This document shows positions 33,801 through 47,719 of a DNA stretch of 64,000 nucleotides, one piece after another (position 1 is the stretch's first letter; the number at the start of each line of letters is the position of its first letter). The notes below the pieces were generated by a model that was given only the letters and a program-made list of their open reading frames with translations, had not been told where the DNA came from and did not search any database. Both the position numbers and the translations under genes were made by a program. The stretch is from Vicugna vicugna (lineage: Eukaryota). The stretch is from NCBI GenBank assembly GCA_013265495.1, contig MU057801.1, positions 1 to 64,000 of the forward strand, given 5' to 3'.

Positions 33801-35589
33801 AGTAAATGGGTCTGGGTGAAACGGAAATGTTTAACGCAGTAAATGGCATTGTTATTTCAACACTGAGAGCTCTGAGTGGCTGCAGATTAAGGGTGGTTGC
33901 TTAGATCCAGGGGTCTTTATATAACTTCTCCCAAACCACCCCAGTTAACAACTAGAGCAAAGAAAAGCATCCTTTACACCTGCCCCCACTACTCTCAGGA
34001 GACAGGAGTCTACAAACTTCAGGGCACCTGTGGGTAGTAAGGTAAACACCCAAGTCCAGCCGAGTGTCTGCAGAGCCCGCCCGGTCGGGACCACCGGGCA
34101 GAGCCAGCAGAGAAACGGTGGAGGAGAGGGCAGGAGTCCGGGGAGCCTGGGGTCACGCGGTTCCAGAGCATCAGCCCCAGAAAACCAGGTCCCGTCCTGA
34201 AGAGAAACACTGGAATGCACGGGGGTCCCGAGGCTTCGAGACAGAAGAAAGACCCTTGGAAGGGCGCTCGCCTGCTTGGAGATGATGTGGAGAAGGAACA
34301 GCGAAAGGGGTAAAATGACGGGTCCCACAGAGATGAAAGAGCCCCACAGCACCAGAAACCCCCTCCCCTCTTACGAAGGGCGCTGGACAGAAAGGAAACC
34401 GCACTTCACTAGGTCAACAGCAGAGGGCGCGTCTGGATCAAGAGACCTAGTCAGCCAGCGGGGCCCTGCCCCTTGTCTGGTCAGCTCGCTGCTGGTCCAG
34501 GAAAGAAGATCCACTATAGAAGGAGCAGAAGGCGGCCGGCAGCGTGCCTGCAGAGCTGCAATCAGAAGAAAACTGAGTCTGAGAGAACATTTCAGGGGAC
34601 AAACGGACAAATGTTCCCCGCTCTCTAAACACACGCACACCCCAAACATCAGTGCAATGTCCCAAGACAAGCATTTTCTCTTCTAAGTTTTTGACTCGAG
34701 GTTGTCTTATGTATCTTGATTCAAAAATTTATAAAGTCAGAACCAAAGTGGACAAAGCCCAGGAAGATGTGCAGTGAGAGTCGGCTGAACCCAGGAGAGG
34801 AAATGGAATTCCGTTTGCAGACGCCTGTGTGGTCCAGGGGGCACTCCTTCCGGTGGACAGCAGACTGGTCAGGCACCTGGCCCCTGCGGAGCTGCCCTTC
34901 CCCACCCGCGGTCCTTAATTCCTTGCCCGTAACCACTTCCTGCCTCTTCCAGTGGGAAGCAGTTTGTAAGGCCGAGCTTGGTGACGGTTTTGACTTTCCA
35001 AGCTCTCTGTTAAGTGAGACCCTAGGAAGTGCCCAGGTGCGCTCCCGGGCAGTTCAGGTGGTCCTCGTTAAGCAGGTGAACCTTGCCAAGGGAAGCGCCA
35101 TCTCCTTTGATAACGTGGTGGAATTTCAGACATAACAGACATTTCAGAGATGTTTCCGAATTGCAGTGAATGGCCATGGTAACTTGTGCCGTATTCTGTA
35201 ATTCATAAAGTAACTTCCACGTGTTATATTATCTTTCAAGTTGCATATGGGCCAAAAACGCATAGATTTGGTGGTTCCTTCCCCTCTTCCATGTCACAGG
35301 CAGCTGAGAAATGCTCTGCCTTGGTTTACGTACCTGGAAAATGGGAATGTCAAGGGCTTCCTCCCAGGTGACATGTGCCGCACGCGGCTGCCTCTCGACT
35401 GGGGTGCGGATTGTGTTTTTCTAAAGATGAACACACGTCCTCGCCCATCCTGCGTGGCCTCTCAGTCACCTCCCCTGTCAGGAGGTGATGGCTGATCTCG
35501 TCACCTTGAATCTGGGTGGTTGTGAGTCTCACCGGTAACCAGGAGCATCGCCCACCTCACCCGCTGGAACATTCTGAGGCTGCCGTGCT

Positions 35590-35875
35590 GTGAGGAAGCC
35601 CGAACTAGGCGTTGGAAAGAGACCGCGTGGTCTGGATCTACGTGAAGTAAGAGAAAAATGTGGGTCTCCAACTGTTCCTGCCCTGCACCCCCCACCCACT
35701 TTGTTCCAGCTCCGGGTCCTACCTGTCTGGCTGTGGTCACATTCAAGGCTCTCAGTCAGAACCACCCAGACAAGCCCTTCCTGAATTCCGGACCTTCAGA
35801 AACCACAGAGGCAGTGAAATGGTGGTGGTTTCAAGCCGCTGAGCCTTGTGGTGAGTAGTTGGGCAGCAGCAGGTG
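35590..35875 (+). mobile_element. MaLR LTR (MLT1-family) fragment
   Basis: cagaaccacccagacaagcccttcctgaattccggaccttcagaaacc...gtttcaagccgctgagccttgtggtg. Confidence 0.65.
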
Positions 35876-38800
35876 TCCAGAATGGATGGGGCGCCTGTGA
35901 GTAAAGGAGGGGCTCCTGACACCGGCTAGATGCCTACGCACGACACAAGTGCGTCCTGCCAAGGACACCCCATGGGGATGGTTCTCGTGTCCACGTGTGC
36001 AGGACTGCGTCTGAGAGCTTTATTTTAGTAGCCCCCAAACTGGAAACACCCATCACCCACGGAGTGATGACACTGACTGAGACGTTCACGTTGCACGATT
36101 CCACGCTTATGAAGTTCAGAGCCAGGCGAATCCAGCCTAGAGGATGCAAGTCAAAGCAGCGATTGTCCTTTGGGGGAGCTGAATAGGAGAAGGCACGAGA
36201 GACCCTTCAGGAACGGTGTGGAGAATCACCAGGCTCTATCCCTGAGACGTGTGCACGGTGTGTGAGCTGCACCTCGGCCAAACCTCGCCTTGTCTGAATT
36301 CTGTTACATGGCACTCTTAATTTTCTCCCTAGCCCCTTGTGACTTGTCTATGGGTCGGGCTTATGTAAGATGCCACAGGTCACTTATTTTCTGTGTCTTG
36401 GACATCTTACCTGTGGCCTCACCCGCCTGCTCTCTGTAGGTGGCTTTTGCTCTTCTGTCCGTTCCAATCTGCCTCCTCCCGGGGGTCATAGGACTCACAG
36501 GAACATCTAACTATTGTCTCGTCCCCACGTACTGCATGTTTCTGATCAGGTCTGATTCCCTTTTCGTGTGATAGAGGAAGCTTTCCTGGCTTTTTCTTTT
36601 CTCCAGCTCAAACTTTCAAGCCTCCTCCAAGCATTTTCCCCAAACCGTGGTCACGCGCTTCATTCCCATCCATGTCTGGACTGGCCCCAGTTGTGACGTG
36701 TCCCTGTCAAAGCGTGGTTCCCAGAGTTAGGCAGACGATTTCAGGGTGATCTGGCCTCTCAAGACCTCCCCTCCCTCAGTGTAGACGTGTTTTCTGGATT
36801 AAGAGTCATCCGTTTGTCCCTGCTAGTGCTTCACCTGCCCGTGGGATTTCTCAGTCTGGCTCCCCCACCCGGAAACTCAGACTCAGCTCATCCCAAAGTG
36901 CAATAATCACACGCCCACTCGCGCCGGCAGCTCGTCTGGTTCTTAAGGCCGGCGGGCAGGGTGCCTGCGCCCCACGCGGGGGCTGCCCTCCGGCCTCGTC
37001 CGTCACGAGGGCAGCCGTCACCACCCTTCCTTCTTGCTCTGTTGTGAATGTGGGTTTGGGGGAGGGGACTTTTTATCCTGATACAGAATTATGCGTTTAT
37101 TCCTGTGAATTTTTCAACTAGTGTCGCACATTTCAACTTAGCCTCAGTTTATCTAAAAATAGAATAATCACCCACCTGCTGGCACCGGCTCCTTCTCCCG
37201 GCTTCCTTGTCCTCTCGGGGCCCGACTGGAGATTCCTCGTGTAGAGCAGTCGCCTTCTGTCACAGCTCTCGTGTCTGGCACCTTCTCTCCTAGTTCATGT
37301 TCAAATTCATTAGTTCAGTGCCTCATCATCTGTCCTAAGTGGTCCTTCGACTCCAACACCCCACCCCTCACGGGGAAGTCAGCGGCTACCCGAGGTTTCT
37401 GTTGTGCAGTGGAAGCCCTCCCCTCGGTCCAGGCCCTTTCCTGGACGCCTTTCCACGCTCATCCCCAGTCCTCCCAGGGCCAGCCCGGATTCTGATGCTC
37501 TGTCTCTGCGCATCTGCTTTGGAGCAAGTGGTCTCCCCTAAACCAACATGCCTTTCCTCTTGCCCCCCGAGTCGGAACTACCCCCCGAGTTCTGTGTCTT
37601 TTTCAGACGCCCACATCTAAAAACAGGACCCCGTCTGTGTCCCTGCAGTGTCCAGCTTAGTCCTCGAGCAAAATCCAGCAAGCGTTTGTGAAAATGAATA
37701 AACAAGCGAATGACTTGCCCCTCTCTTTCCCTGGGAGGGTTGGAGGGGAAATGGCTGCTGAGTTACCACGGGTGCAGGTGCATTCCTGGAACTGGTCACT
37801 GCTGAGGACGGGAGACGGTTTCCAATACAGCAAACCGAGTTGTTTGAGAAAATTATTTTTAAAAATCCTGTATAGTTCTTATTTAATCTTACGTACTTTC
37901 ACAAAAGTAAAAGACTCCAATTTAGTGAGTTGGTACAGTGATAAGGTTTAGCTTGTGGAAGGTCAGCAAAATTCTAGCCTAGTCCTTTCAAAGAAAACAT
38001 AGCAGAGTAAAAGGTGATCCAGCCGGAGAGGAGGTGCGCCCTCCCCTGGGAGTCACTGCACAGAAGTCGGAAAAGCTTCATGAAGTCACTAGCTTCTGAG
38101 GGAAAAATCGAGATCACTGCTTAAGGAAAGTCAACCAGCGAGTCTAAAGTAATCTGAAATAATCTAAAATTTCTCCATTACACAGAAATCTTTGGAAAGG
38201 GACTAGAAAATATACAGCAAACTTGAACCCTTATTTTTCTAGGTGCTATAATTTCCATTACCAAAGGGTAAAGTATTCTGTAGAATGAATGTTCCTAGAA
38301 CAGTTACCAGGAGGTGTCTTACTGGCAAGTGTTACTATTCTCACATGAAGTCAGCGTTTGGGAGGAATTCTCAGTCCGACCAGAGGGTCTTTATTTTGCT
38401 TTTATTGTCCCCAGTGCAGACAACAAAATAGCTAAGGGGTGAAGAGTCTTCTCAACTTACCAGAAATGTTCATGTTTTGGAAATACCCGTAATTACTGTC
38501 CAGATTCCTTCCAGATTCCTTGCCTCCCCCACCAGTTTTCTGTGGTTGGGGAGGTGCGGTCAGGATGCCGCTAGGGACACGGCCAAGGACAGGGTCAACT
38601 TGACAGTATGAGCTGAGAGAGAGGGACTTACGAGGGTCTTCGGAGGTGGCCCTACGGGGGAGGGGACATTGGATGTCCAGCCACTGTCCTTGGCTCCTTC
38701 TTTTAGGTCCCCCTGTCAGCAGAGGTCTTCCACCTCAATTTCCCCAATTCCCTTTTCAACAGCAAACATCTGGATTTGTAAAGGTGACATGAGGAGGACC

Positions 38801-39479
38801 CTCAAGTATATGGGAGGCTGTGTGTTAATCAGACACAGATCGAGGTCTCAAAATGCCGTTTTCCATGAAGACATAAACAAGAGCAGAATTCACCCTGGTC
38901 TCTGGAGAGAACCGTGTGGCTCAGACAAAATCGAGGTGGTGACAACCCATGCTGTGAAAGTGTATTTTAGCTAAGAGGTATTAACTAAGTGCAGGGCAGC
39001 TTCAGAGGCGTGAGGGACATGCGGTGCGTGGGAACTAGAGCAGACATGGCGGAGGGGTGGGCAGGAGCCACCTAGGGGGTTAAAAGTGGGGACAGTGGTG
39101 ATAAATCGGGGCTTTACCACTGGTATCGTGGTGCTGAGTGGGCGACTGCTCCTCGTCCTGGTGTAGAATGGAAATCTAATGCCACCCGCTTCATGAGGCT
39201 GCTGGCATGGCTCACGGGAGTCACAGGCAAGGTACTGGTACCATCTCTGTGTGTCATCGGTCCCTCACACCTGCCGGCAGTTACCTGCTCTGTTGTGAGA
39301 TGGATCTTAAAGAAAAGACTGGATTGTAGCAACAAGGGTAAGGAGTTTTAGGCTGAGCATCCTGTGTGCGCGCATGTGTGCGTGTGTTCAGAATGCAGCA
39401 AGTGCACCCGCCAAGGAGGAGGGGACATCCGGGTGCTGTTAGTGACCAGTAAGGCTTTGTGGGCTGTTCCACAGAGGAA

Positions 39480-39778
39480 TGCTGTCCCGTAGAAATATAA
39501 TGTGAGCCACACGTCATTTAAAATTTTCTAGTAGTTAACGTTAAAAAATGTTAAATCAGTGAAATTAATTTAAGTAATATGTTTTATTTAATTCAGTTTA
39601 TCAGACTATTTCAACATGTGATCAGTGTGAAAAATTGTAAATGAGGTAATTGGCCTGTTTTTGTGCACTGAGTCTTCAAAGCCTGGTGTGTGTTTTCCGC
39701 GCATCTCAGCTCGGGCTTGCCGCATTTCAGGGGTGGGTCGCCGCGTAGGGCTGCTGGCTGCTGTGCTGGACACCCAGC
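39480..39778 (+). mobile_element. MER33-like hAT-Charlie DNA transposon fossil
   Basis: gctgtcccgtagaaatataatgtgagccacac...aaattttctagtag...gtgaaattaattt...tatttcaacatgtgatca...gctggacac. Confidence 0.85.
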
Positions 39779-40244
39779 CCTCGAGGGTCTTACCTGATGA
39801 CAGTAGCATCGTCTGCTTTGTAGCTCCCTCCCTCCATCCTCTCCCCTAGAGAGGCAGATGGCCGTGCCTCTCCCCAACACAATTAGTTTAAAGAAAAGAA
39901 AAGGAAAAAAGGACAGGAAAAGAAAGGGAGAAAAAGGTACTCCAGGTCACTGTCTTTCACAGCAGCTAATCCTGAGATACTCACTGAACAAAGGTCTGTG
40001 GGCAAAACACGTGGGGGCTACACACGGAACACCCTTTAGCCTTTCTAGGTCATATTCACCTAGAAGCTCAGGAAATCTTGCAACAAAGAAGCCTGTTTTA
40101 CTCTGTGTAACTCTGCTTTCCCCCATTTGCTAGGATTCTGGAGCGATGTTTTCTTTTCACACTTAACTAATACTGGTAACATCCTGTTTGGCCTGCTTTT
40201 TTTTTTTTTTTTAGGTTTCAAGCAGTATATTGTTCTTGAAAAAA

Positions 40245-40738
40245 TTATCATCGAAGTATAGTTGATTTACAATGTTGTGTTAGTTTCAAGTGTATAGCAA
40301 CATGATTCACTTATATATATGTATTTATTTATGTACATATGTATCTTTTTCAGATTCTTTTCCATTAGAGGTTATTACAAGATAGTAAATACAGTTTCCT
40401 GGGCTCCACAGCAGGTCCTTGTTGTTTATCTGTTTTATACATAGTAGTGTGTGTCTGTTCATCCCAAACTCCTAATTTACCCCTCCCCCACCCCCTTTTC
40501 CCCCGGTAACCATACGTTTGTCTTCTATGTCTGTGAGTCTCTTTCTGTCTTGTAAATAAGTTCATTTGTGTTATTTTTTTTAAGATTCCATGTATAAGTG
40601 ATACCATATGGTATTTGTCTGATTTACTTCACTTAGTATGATAATCTCCAGGTCCATCCATGTTGCTGCAAAGCCATTTTTTCATTCGTTTTTATGGCTA
40701 GTATTCCGTATATGTATACACACACACCGCATCTTCTA
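40245..40738 (-). mobile_element. Cetartiodactyl-type LINE-1 3' end
   Basis: gaagtatagttgatttacaatgttgtgttagtttc...cagattcttttccattagaggttattacaagata...ataatctccaggtccatccatgttgctgcaa. Confidence 0.9.
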
Positions 40739-42434
40739 CCACAGAGCAAAAGGGAGGCCCTGCACAACATCCAGCCTGCCTTCACCTTGAGGGTTTTAGT
40801 TTAAAATCTTTACGGGTGCCATCATCCCCCACAGTGCACTGCGTCTAACAGACGCTTCATCAGCACTTGTTCAATCAATGAACAGTTGTGATCAAGACCC
40901 CCATTCATGAATTCAGCTTCCCTCCATAAATTAAACAAAAACTTAAGATAATTAACAGTTGTCAAGGTTAGAAACATACCATATTGCCCAGAGAAGTTCC
41001 AGTTTGCTGGGAAACCAGTGTATCTTTGAAATGAACGTGCACTGTCTGAGGAACACGGCCACAGCGAAAACGCGGGACCCAGCTGAGAACAGACGCCCTT
41101 CTCTGGGGAGGAGCCCCTCATGTCCCCGCGCCGCGAGACCGACACAGCGAGGTTGGGGCGCTTCCCAGGCTGTTCCCGCTGTTCACCCTGGCTCCAGGGG
41201 GAGTCTCGGAAAGTCTCTTTTTAATATACAGTCATGTTTGTCTCGCACAGGGACGCGGTCTTTACATTGCCGGCGTTACCGCTCTCTGTGTGTGAGGTTT
41301 CATACCGTACGTGACACAGGCCCCCTGTGAGCTCGGTTTAATGTCTGTTCTGTAGGTTGGTTAAGGTTCGGCTAGTTATTGTGTTTTTCAAAGTCAGAAC
41401 CCCTTGGAAACTGACTAATAGAATAGCTTTCTGTTTGGTGGATTTTTTTCTCTCTGGTTCTCAAAACACTCTCTTAAACTCTTAGGGACACTACTGCATC
41501 AACGTTTGTGGAGACTGGATGCTGGCAGCAGCCTCTGATTCTCTCTGCTTTGTCCAGGTGTTAAGAAAACTGTAGCCTGGTGTTGGAAGCACGGTCGCCA
41601 TTGAGGTGGTAGTGCTGGTGCAAACCCCTTTTCTGTAAGGCCAGGCAGGTTGACCAGCCCCCCAGTGTATTATTTTGTTAAACGTAAGTTGGAAATGCAC
41701 GCCGGGATGCTACACCTCAGCCAGCAAGTGTGAGCGCAGGCGCCTGCGTCACGCTCCGTACTGTGCGGTGCACCGTGGTGCGCGGCAGAGGAAGAGTTAG
41801 AGCCAGCACCCCCGAGCAGCCCACGCTGAAGCAGCGTAACTAAGCTCTAAGTTTGGGGGTCCGCAGTGCAGTAACTTCAGGATGTTTCAAAGAGACAGAA
41901 CGCTGCGTGATGATACAGATGTGAAATATAAACGGGTTATTGGGCGAAGCACACTACACACAGGCCTGTGTGCGCCAGAGGGGTGTCTGCGTGAGTCTGG
42001 CCTCTCCTGTTTTGTAGAGTGAAGGACCCGGGTGGAGTACAGTAAGGAGTCTCAGAATGGGCGTCTGTAGGTGTGGACTTGGTCTCGGGGTCCACGGTCC
42101 TCTTCGGGAATTTTTGAAATGTATTTGTACTTTAAGTGTAATAGTTAATAATTCACCCAACCATATTCTGAGCCACCTAAGGCGATGTTCAGGTCGCTGG
42201 GTCCTGACCCAGTGGGCTGGAGGATTGCGGTTCGTTCATGGGTGAAGTCGGTCCCGTCTAGCGTGGTTTTAAATAAAAGCAAATGGAACGGAAAAGATCA
42301 GGATGTAAAAGTTCAGTGTTGTTTATAAAATGTTTCTGTTTTTCATGCGTGTGTGGGTCTGAGTCATGATGTGAGCTGTATTTATTACTGTGGACAGAAA
42401 TCCAAACAGCCTGAAAGCCATTAATCACTAGATG

Positions 42435-42600
42435 ACTGGTTCTCAGCCTTCACTGCGCATTGGAATCACCCACTGGGTTTGAAAAATAAGGCCGCATGGG
42501 TCCCCCCCCAGAAATTCTTCTGTATTTGATTTGAGGTGCCAGCTGAGCGTGGGGCTTGCTTAAAACTCCTCGGCTGTGCCGCCAGGGGTGAGACCCCATG
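42435..42600. mobile_element. MER5A-like DNA transposon fossil
   Basis: ctggttctcagccttcactgcgcattggaatcacc...cccccagaaattc...ccaggggtgagacccca. Confidence 0.65.
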
Positions 42601-44476
42601 TGGAGCTGAGCCTTGCAGCCCAGTCTTCACAGGTCATTTCAGTCCAGCCTCTGGGTTGTTTTTATTGAGTTTGCCTCGGGGCCAAGGCGTCCCACAGATG
42701 GAAATTGCTGGAGGGTACCAGGAGGGAGCAGAGCGGGCTGAGGACGGAAATAACGCTTTGCCCAAGTGAAGGCACGCGCAGTCTGGGGGGGCGAGCGATG
42801 GACGTTCACCGTGGGTCAGACACAGACACGTGGGGGGGACTCAGAGAGCGAAGAGACGCTGGAATCCTTTGAATCGTGTGAACAGTCCCGCCTGCTCTTT
42901 CCTCAGAGTTGGCAGGAGAGGAGACACCAGGGTCTGCGGTTTCCCCAGGGGTGTGGGGGGGGGTGCCCCACTCCTAGGGGCCTCTCTCTACAGCGGCTTG
43001 TCTTTAAGGGTCATTCTTGACAGATTCCCCTCCCTTACCCTCCCCCCCTCTGTGTTCATGTCCCAAGGGATGAGTTTCAGCAAAACAGCGTCGTCCCTGC
43101 GTTAAATCTGACTTGCTACTTCTAACCGTATTGGTTTCCATTCTGTTCTTAGTTCATAATCGTGCTTGTGTTGACAGCGGCGTAAGAGCACGAGGACAAG
43201 GCGTCTAGAGCCAGGTGTCTTACTTATCCACACTTGTTTAATATTATCATGTAAACAGTATCATGGAGGAAGCACTTGAATTCTTGTCCCTCAAAAGGCC
43301 AGCCCTCCCCTGCTCACCGGCCCCCTGCGCTCTGTGACTGCGCCCTGTCCACCCGGGGCCGGTGGGCCGGTGAGTTAGCCCAAGCTCCCACCTGTCAGCA
43401 AGGGTCAGAAGACGTCGTGAAGCGGTGTAAGTGGGGCTTAAAGCTTCTTGGGACCCCTCCGCGGGAGCCCTGTCCCCGGGTGAAGTGGGAGTTCAGAAGA
43501 GAAGTGGGATTTAGGTTATTACCCCCCGGAAAGGTGAGGATGGCAGCGACAGTGACTCGCGTTCGTGGATGGTGGCAGGTCGCATTTCTCGAGCATCTGA
43601 ACCTGCAGGGGGCTGTGCTTTCCGTGATGGTTTTCCTTGACCCTGAGAGCCACCCTCTGAGGCCGGTGCTGTTACAGACACCCCACTTTACACAGAAGGG
43701 GCCCAAGGAAGTGACAGTTACATGACTTGTCTGAGAGATTCAGCCGGGATTCAAGACCAGATACGTCGCCTCCGGGCCTAAGAGCTGAATCTCCTCAAGG
43801 ACGTGGAGAGAGGCCCATCCTGAGGGCGGGGCAGGGAGGCTGTTCCAGGCCAGACAATGAAGGAAGGGGTGTGTGAGAGGTGTCTGTGGGAGCTTGCCAG
43901 GGGACGTGCTGGCCAGGGGGCCAGGGTCCAGCCTGACGGGGCAGGGAGACTATGAAATATTCATGAAAGAGCTTAAAAAAAAAGTAAGATCATCTTCCTA
44001 TAATGTAGGGACTCTGAGACATCCTGAGAATGAAATGAGCAATGTGCAGGGACATACAAACATTTATTTTGGAAAGAAACGTGTGTGTGACAGAGTGAGA
44101 GAGAGAGATTGGTTGATTGCAACTGAATGTTTGCGCAGAATTGATCTGGAAAGACATCATCCCAGGTTCTGACAGCGTCCATCCTCCTCTGCTGAGGACG
44201 CCGGCTGCAGGCGTTAGTGGTGATGGGCCAAGGAACCTGGAGCTTTGCTCTGAAATTTGCATTTTCCTGTTTGTCAGCAAGGTGACTGTGTTCATGTGGT
44301 TAGGAAATTCTGCAAAGATTAAGATGTTGATACATTAAAAAAAAGAGAAAGAAATAGGGGGACTATCTGGGAATTCCATATTCAGGACGGGCCTGTTTCT
44401 GGACTGGAAGACGGCAGGACTCTGCCCGTTGCTGGAGCTGACGTGCATTGTGTAAGGGGTGCGGAAACAAGCTGTC

Positions 44477-44610
44477 GGGGGGGAGGTGCGGCTTGTGCTT
44501 AGCGCGCCCGAGGTCCTGGGTTCAGCCCCCGGTAACTCTGTTATAAATAAATAAACAAACCCAATTACCCCCCAATAATAATAATTTTTAGACCTTAAAA
44601 TAACTAAAAT
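44477..44610 (+). mobile_element. tRNA-Ala-derived camelid SINE, internally deleted
   Basis: gtgcttagcgcgcccgaggtcctgggttcagcccccggtaactc followed by aaataaataaacaaacccaattacccccc. Confidence 0.75.
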
Positions 44611-44809
44611 AAAGGGAAGGAGCAGATTGTCACGTAATTGGCAGGGAAGACAGCATTGCTGCTGCTGGGTCCCATCTTCCAGGGGAAACTGTCGGCAGTT
44701 TTAGGAACCTGAGCACTGGCACAGGGATGCACAGCGCCTTCCGGTAAAGCAAGTCCCCCCCTCCGCTGCCGGGCCCAGCGGTGGTGGTGAGAGATCAGAC
44801 TGGGAAGGG

Positions 44810-45014
44810 AGGGCCCTCCTCATCCGCAGTTTCAATTTCGTGAAATTTCAGTCTGCAGGTGGTCGAGTCTGAAGATGCGAACCTGGAATACGGAGGGTGA
44901 CCGCATTTATGCGCCTCATTCACCTGCGCCCTTTTACCCAAGGGACTTGGGTGAGGCAGGTGTTGGTGTCCGGGGTCCTGGAAGCAACCCCCCGTGGATA
45001 CGGAGGGTGGCTGT
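44810..45014. mobile_element. MER2/MER8-like Tigger DNA transposon fossil
   Basis: Terminal motif ggtcctggaagcaacccccgtggatacggagggtggctg and internal gatgcgaacctggaatacggaggg. Confidence 0.65.
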
Positions 45015-45129
45015 CCACCGGCGCTCCTCCTGGATCCAGGTTGGGCGGGGAGTGGGGGATGCCGTGTGGTTTCCATGGCGTTTTAAAATTGCTTAGGAAA
45101 CCCTAAGTGGCCGACTCTGTGTGTTGCAG

Positions 45130-45254
45130 ATGGAGGAGAGGCACCCGGACTTCTGAAAGCCCGCCGGAGGAGATAACCGTGCGAGTGCTTCAGGGTGCCG
45201 GAGAGGCGGGGGCGGCCCTGAGAGGCAGACACAGAGGTGCCGGCGGCGTGCAGG
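45130..45254 (+). other. Candidate 125-nt internal 5'UTR exon
   Basis: Acceptor ctctgtgtgttgcag| and strong donor AGG|GTGAGT; purine-rich, non-repetitive body; begins with an 8-codon uORF. Confidence 0.5.
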
Positions 45255-47409
45255 GTGAGTGACAGCTGACGCCCGCGGCTGCCGCCCTGGCCCTTGCACT
45301 TCCAGGGTCCCCGGTGTGTGGGGCCACCACGCTCTCCAGCCTGGTGTGCTGCTGTGACTGTGACCTGGCCCCGACAGGGGGTTCCCGAGGATGCTTACCT
45401 GTTCCCAGGTGTCGAAGGGGTTCTGCTGTGACGCGGCGGCAGCAGGGCTGGGGCAAGGCCAGGACCGCCAGGGGCCCCCGCGCACGATCTGTAACCACTG
45501 TCCGTGATGGGACACCAGCTGCGGGCCAGGCCCGGCTCGAAGCCCTTTCGTGGATTCCTTCCTTCTGGTCTCGTCTTAGCGGTGGCCCCCGGGGAGCATG
45601 GGGACCCTGCTTGACTCCTGAGAGAGGGCGGTCCCGATGGTGGGCCCCGTCCCAGCGTAAAGCCTTCTCCTCTTCCTCGCACGTTCCCCATGTGCCCTCT
45701 TCCTGTCCCGCCTTTCATCTGCTTTTTCCCATAGAATCGTAGATCTCTGAGTGACAGGGAATTCACATCAGGGGGACGTCAGCATAGGTCACTCCTGTGG
45801 ACCGTAGTTTCCCTAAGCGGCCACTGGTGGTATCGCTGCCCTTCCAGAACGCGCCACGTCCCCTCACGCTGGGGAGTCAGCTTCCCCTCCTCTGCAGTCT
45901 GGGTGGGACCCGGGAACCACCTTCACAGAGAAGGCGGCAGAAATGATGCCGAGTGACTTCAGAGCAGAGACCAGCCACCCTGAGGTGGCCCCGGCGCACC
46001 TGCCTGTGAGACCAGCCGCCTCGCAGAGAGGCCGCCCAGGCCCCTCCCCCGGCCCCCCAACGCGTGAGGGGACTTGGGTGGCCCCAGCCCCAGCCTCGGA
46101 GCTGCCCGCTCCGGTGCCAAGTGGAGGGAGGGCGAGGCGACAACAGTTCCCCCTGAGCCCATCCCCGCCGGACATTCAGGAGAAAGTGAACACTGTCACT
46201 GCGTGGCGCGCTATCATTGAACCCCCTGCAACACCGTTGAATGTGTCACTACGCTGACTTACAAGGGAGAGAAAGGAGGCTGAGTGACACGGAGTGACTC
46301 GCCCCACGCCACACGGTGGGCTGGGTTTGAACCCAGGGCTCCCCTGGGAGACCCGCCCCTGCCTCAGGGCCCCTTCCTCCTGGGAGCGGAGCGGGGCCTT
46401 TGCCCCTCCTCACACATAGCTGTTATCGGAGAGGGCAGACCCATTTGGGGTCGGAGGACGAGAGAATACATCTTTGGAGAACTGGCTTTAGTTGGTTTAT
46501 TGTGACTGTTTGCTTAATTTGGATCCTGGTTAAGCCCTGTTGGTCCTGCCTCAAACATCTAGTCTCCCCGGAGGCTGCCTGCCTCCCCCAGGCGCTGAGA
46601 TCCCGTGGTGCTGCCCACGTCACACGACGTGCTTTTTCATACGTGTGAAACGATGACCCTGTTTCTGCGTCATCCGCGCTTCTCTCTCGTTTGGCTTCAG
46701 GCTCCATGAGGCCAGGGCTTGCTCTCACCCGCAGCAGGCAGGGAATAAATGCAAGTTAATAAATACCGGAGAGCATGAAGTGTGAATTTTCTTGAGAAGG
46801 AGGACGTTCGGATAAGGAAGCACAAAATTGCAGGTGTAAATCCTGAAGTCTTACCTCGGTGCTAAAGATTTGTCTTTCGAGGTCAGGATTTCTTCGCCAC
46901 TTCAGTGTCTTTCCCGTTAGATAGAACATCTATGGGTTTGACCTTTGTAAGTAAAGAACTTCCACAAAACGCAACAGCGAAACAGGAACAGGAGCTGGCA
47001 GGGCTCTGAGACGCTGCTTTGCCGCGGGTTGTTACTTACGTGCAAAATATTTTCAGATGCACAGCACTGGGGAACCGACTTCGGTGTGAATGTTGAGATG
47101 GGACGTGTGACTTCTGCACTCATCTCAGTCCGCCTTTGCTCGTGGGATTGGTGGCCTTCTGTCTTCCTCCTTGAATTTAGTTACAGGCCTGTGTGTCGTG
47201 GCAGCTGCTCGAGAACCCTGAACAGCTCTTACCCCTGTGTTGTCCAGAATGTCCAACGTTGATTCTATGCTTAGCCGGTGTAGGACTCCAGTCATAATGG
47301 AGGGGCAGCAGGACCAGAATGGGTAGCTTTTTTTTTAAAAGAAGGATTAATAAACGCATACGAAATGTTGGGCAAGTTTAAATCTTTAATTGTATTTTTT
47401 AGTGCCTAA

Positions 47410-47665
47410 TCTATCAGTTAGCTTTTGCTGCCTAACAAACTGCCTCAAAACTTAGTAGCTTAAAATGATAGCCATTAATTTAGTTCACAGTTCTGCAGGT
47501 GGGTGATTTGGGCAGGGCTTAGCTGGGTTAGCTGGGCTGACCGGCATGTCTTCCATCAGCTGCCAATTTCTGACTTACATAGTATTACATTCTCCATGTC
47601 CATCCATGTTGCTGCAAATGACAGTATTTTATTCTTTTCTATGACTGAGTAGTATTCCATTGTGC

Positions 47666-47719
<54 letters not shown>

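Noticed and set aside
40160..40225. Poly-T tract ending in AG, resembling a splice acceptor
   Set aside because: No convincing downstream donor, and it abuts the 3' end of an antisense L1.
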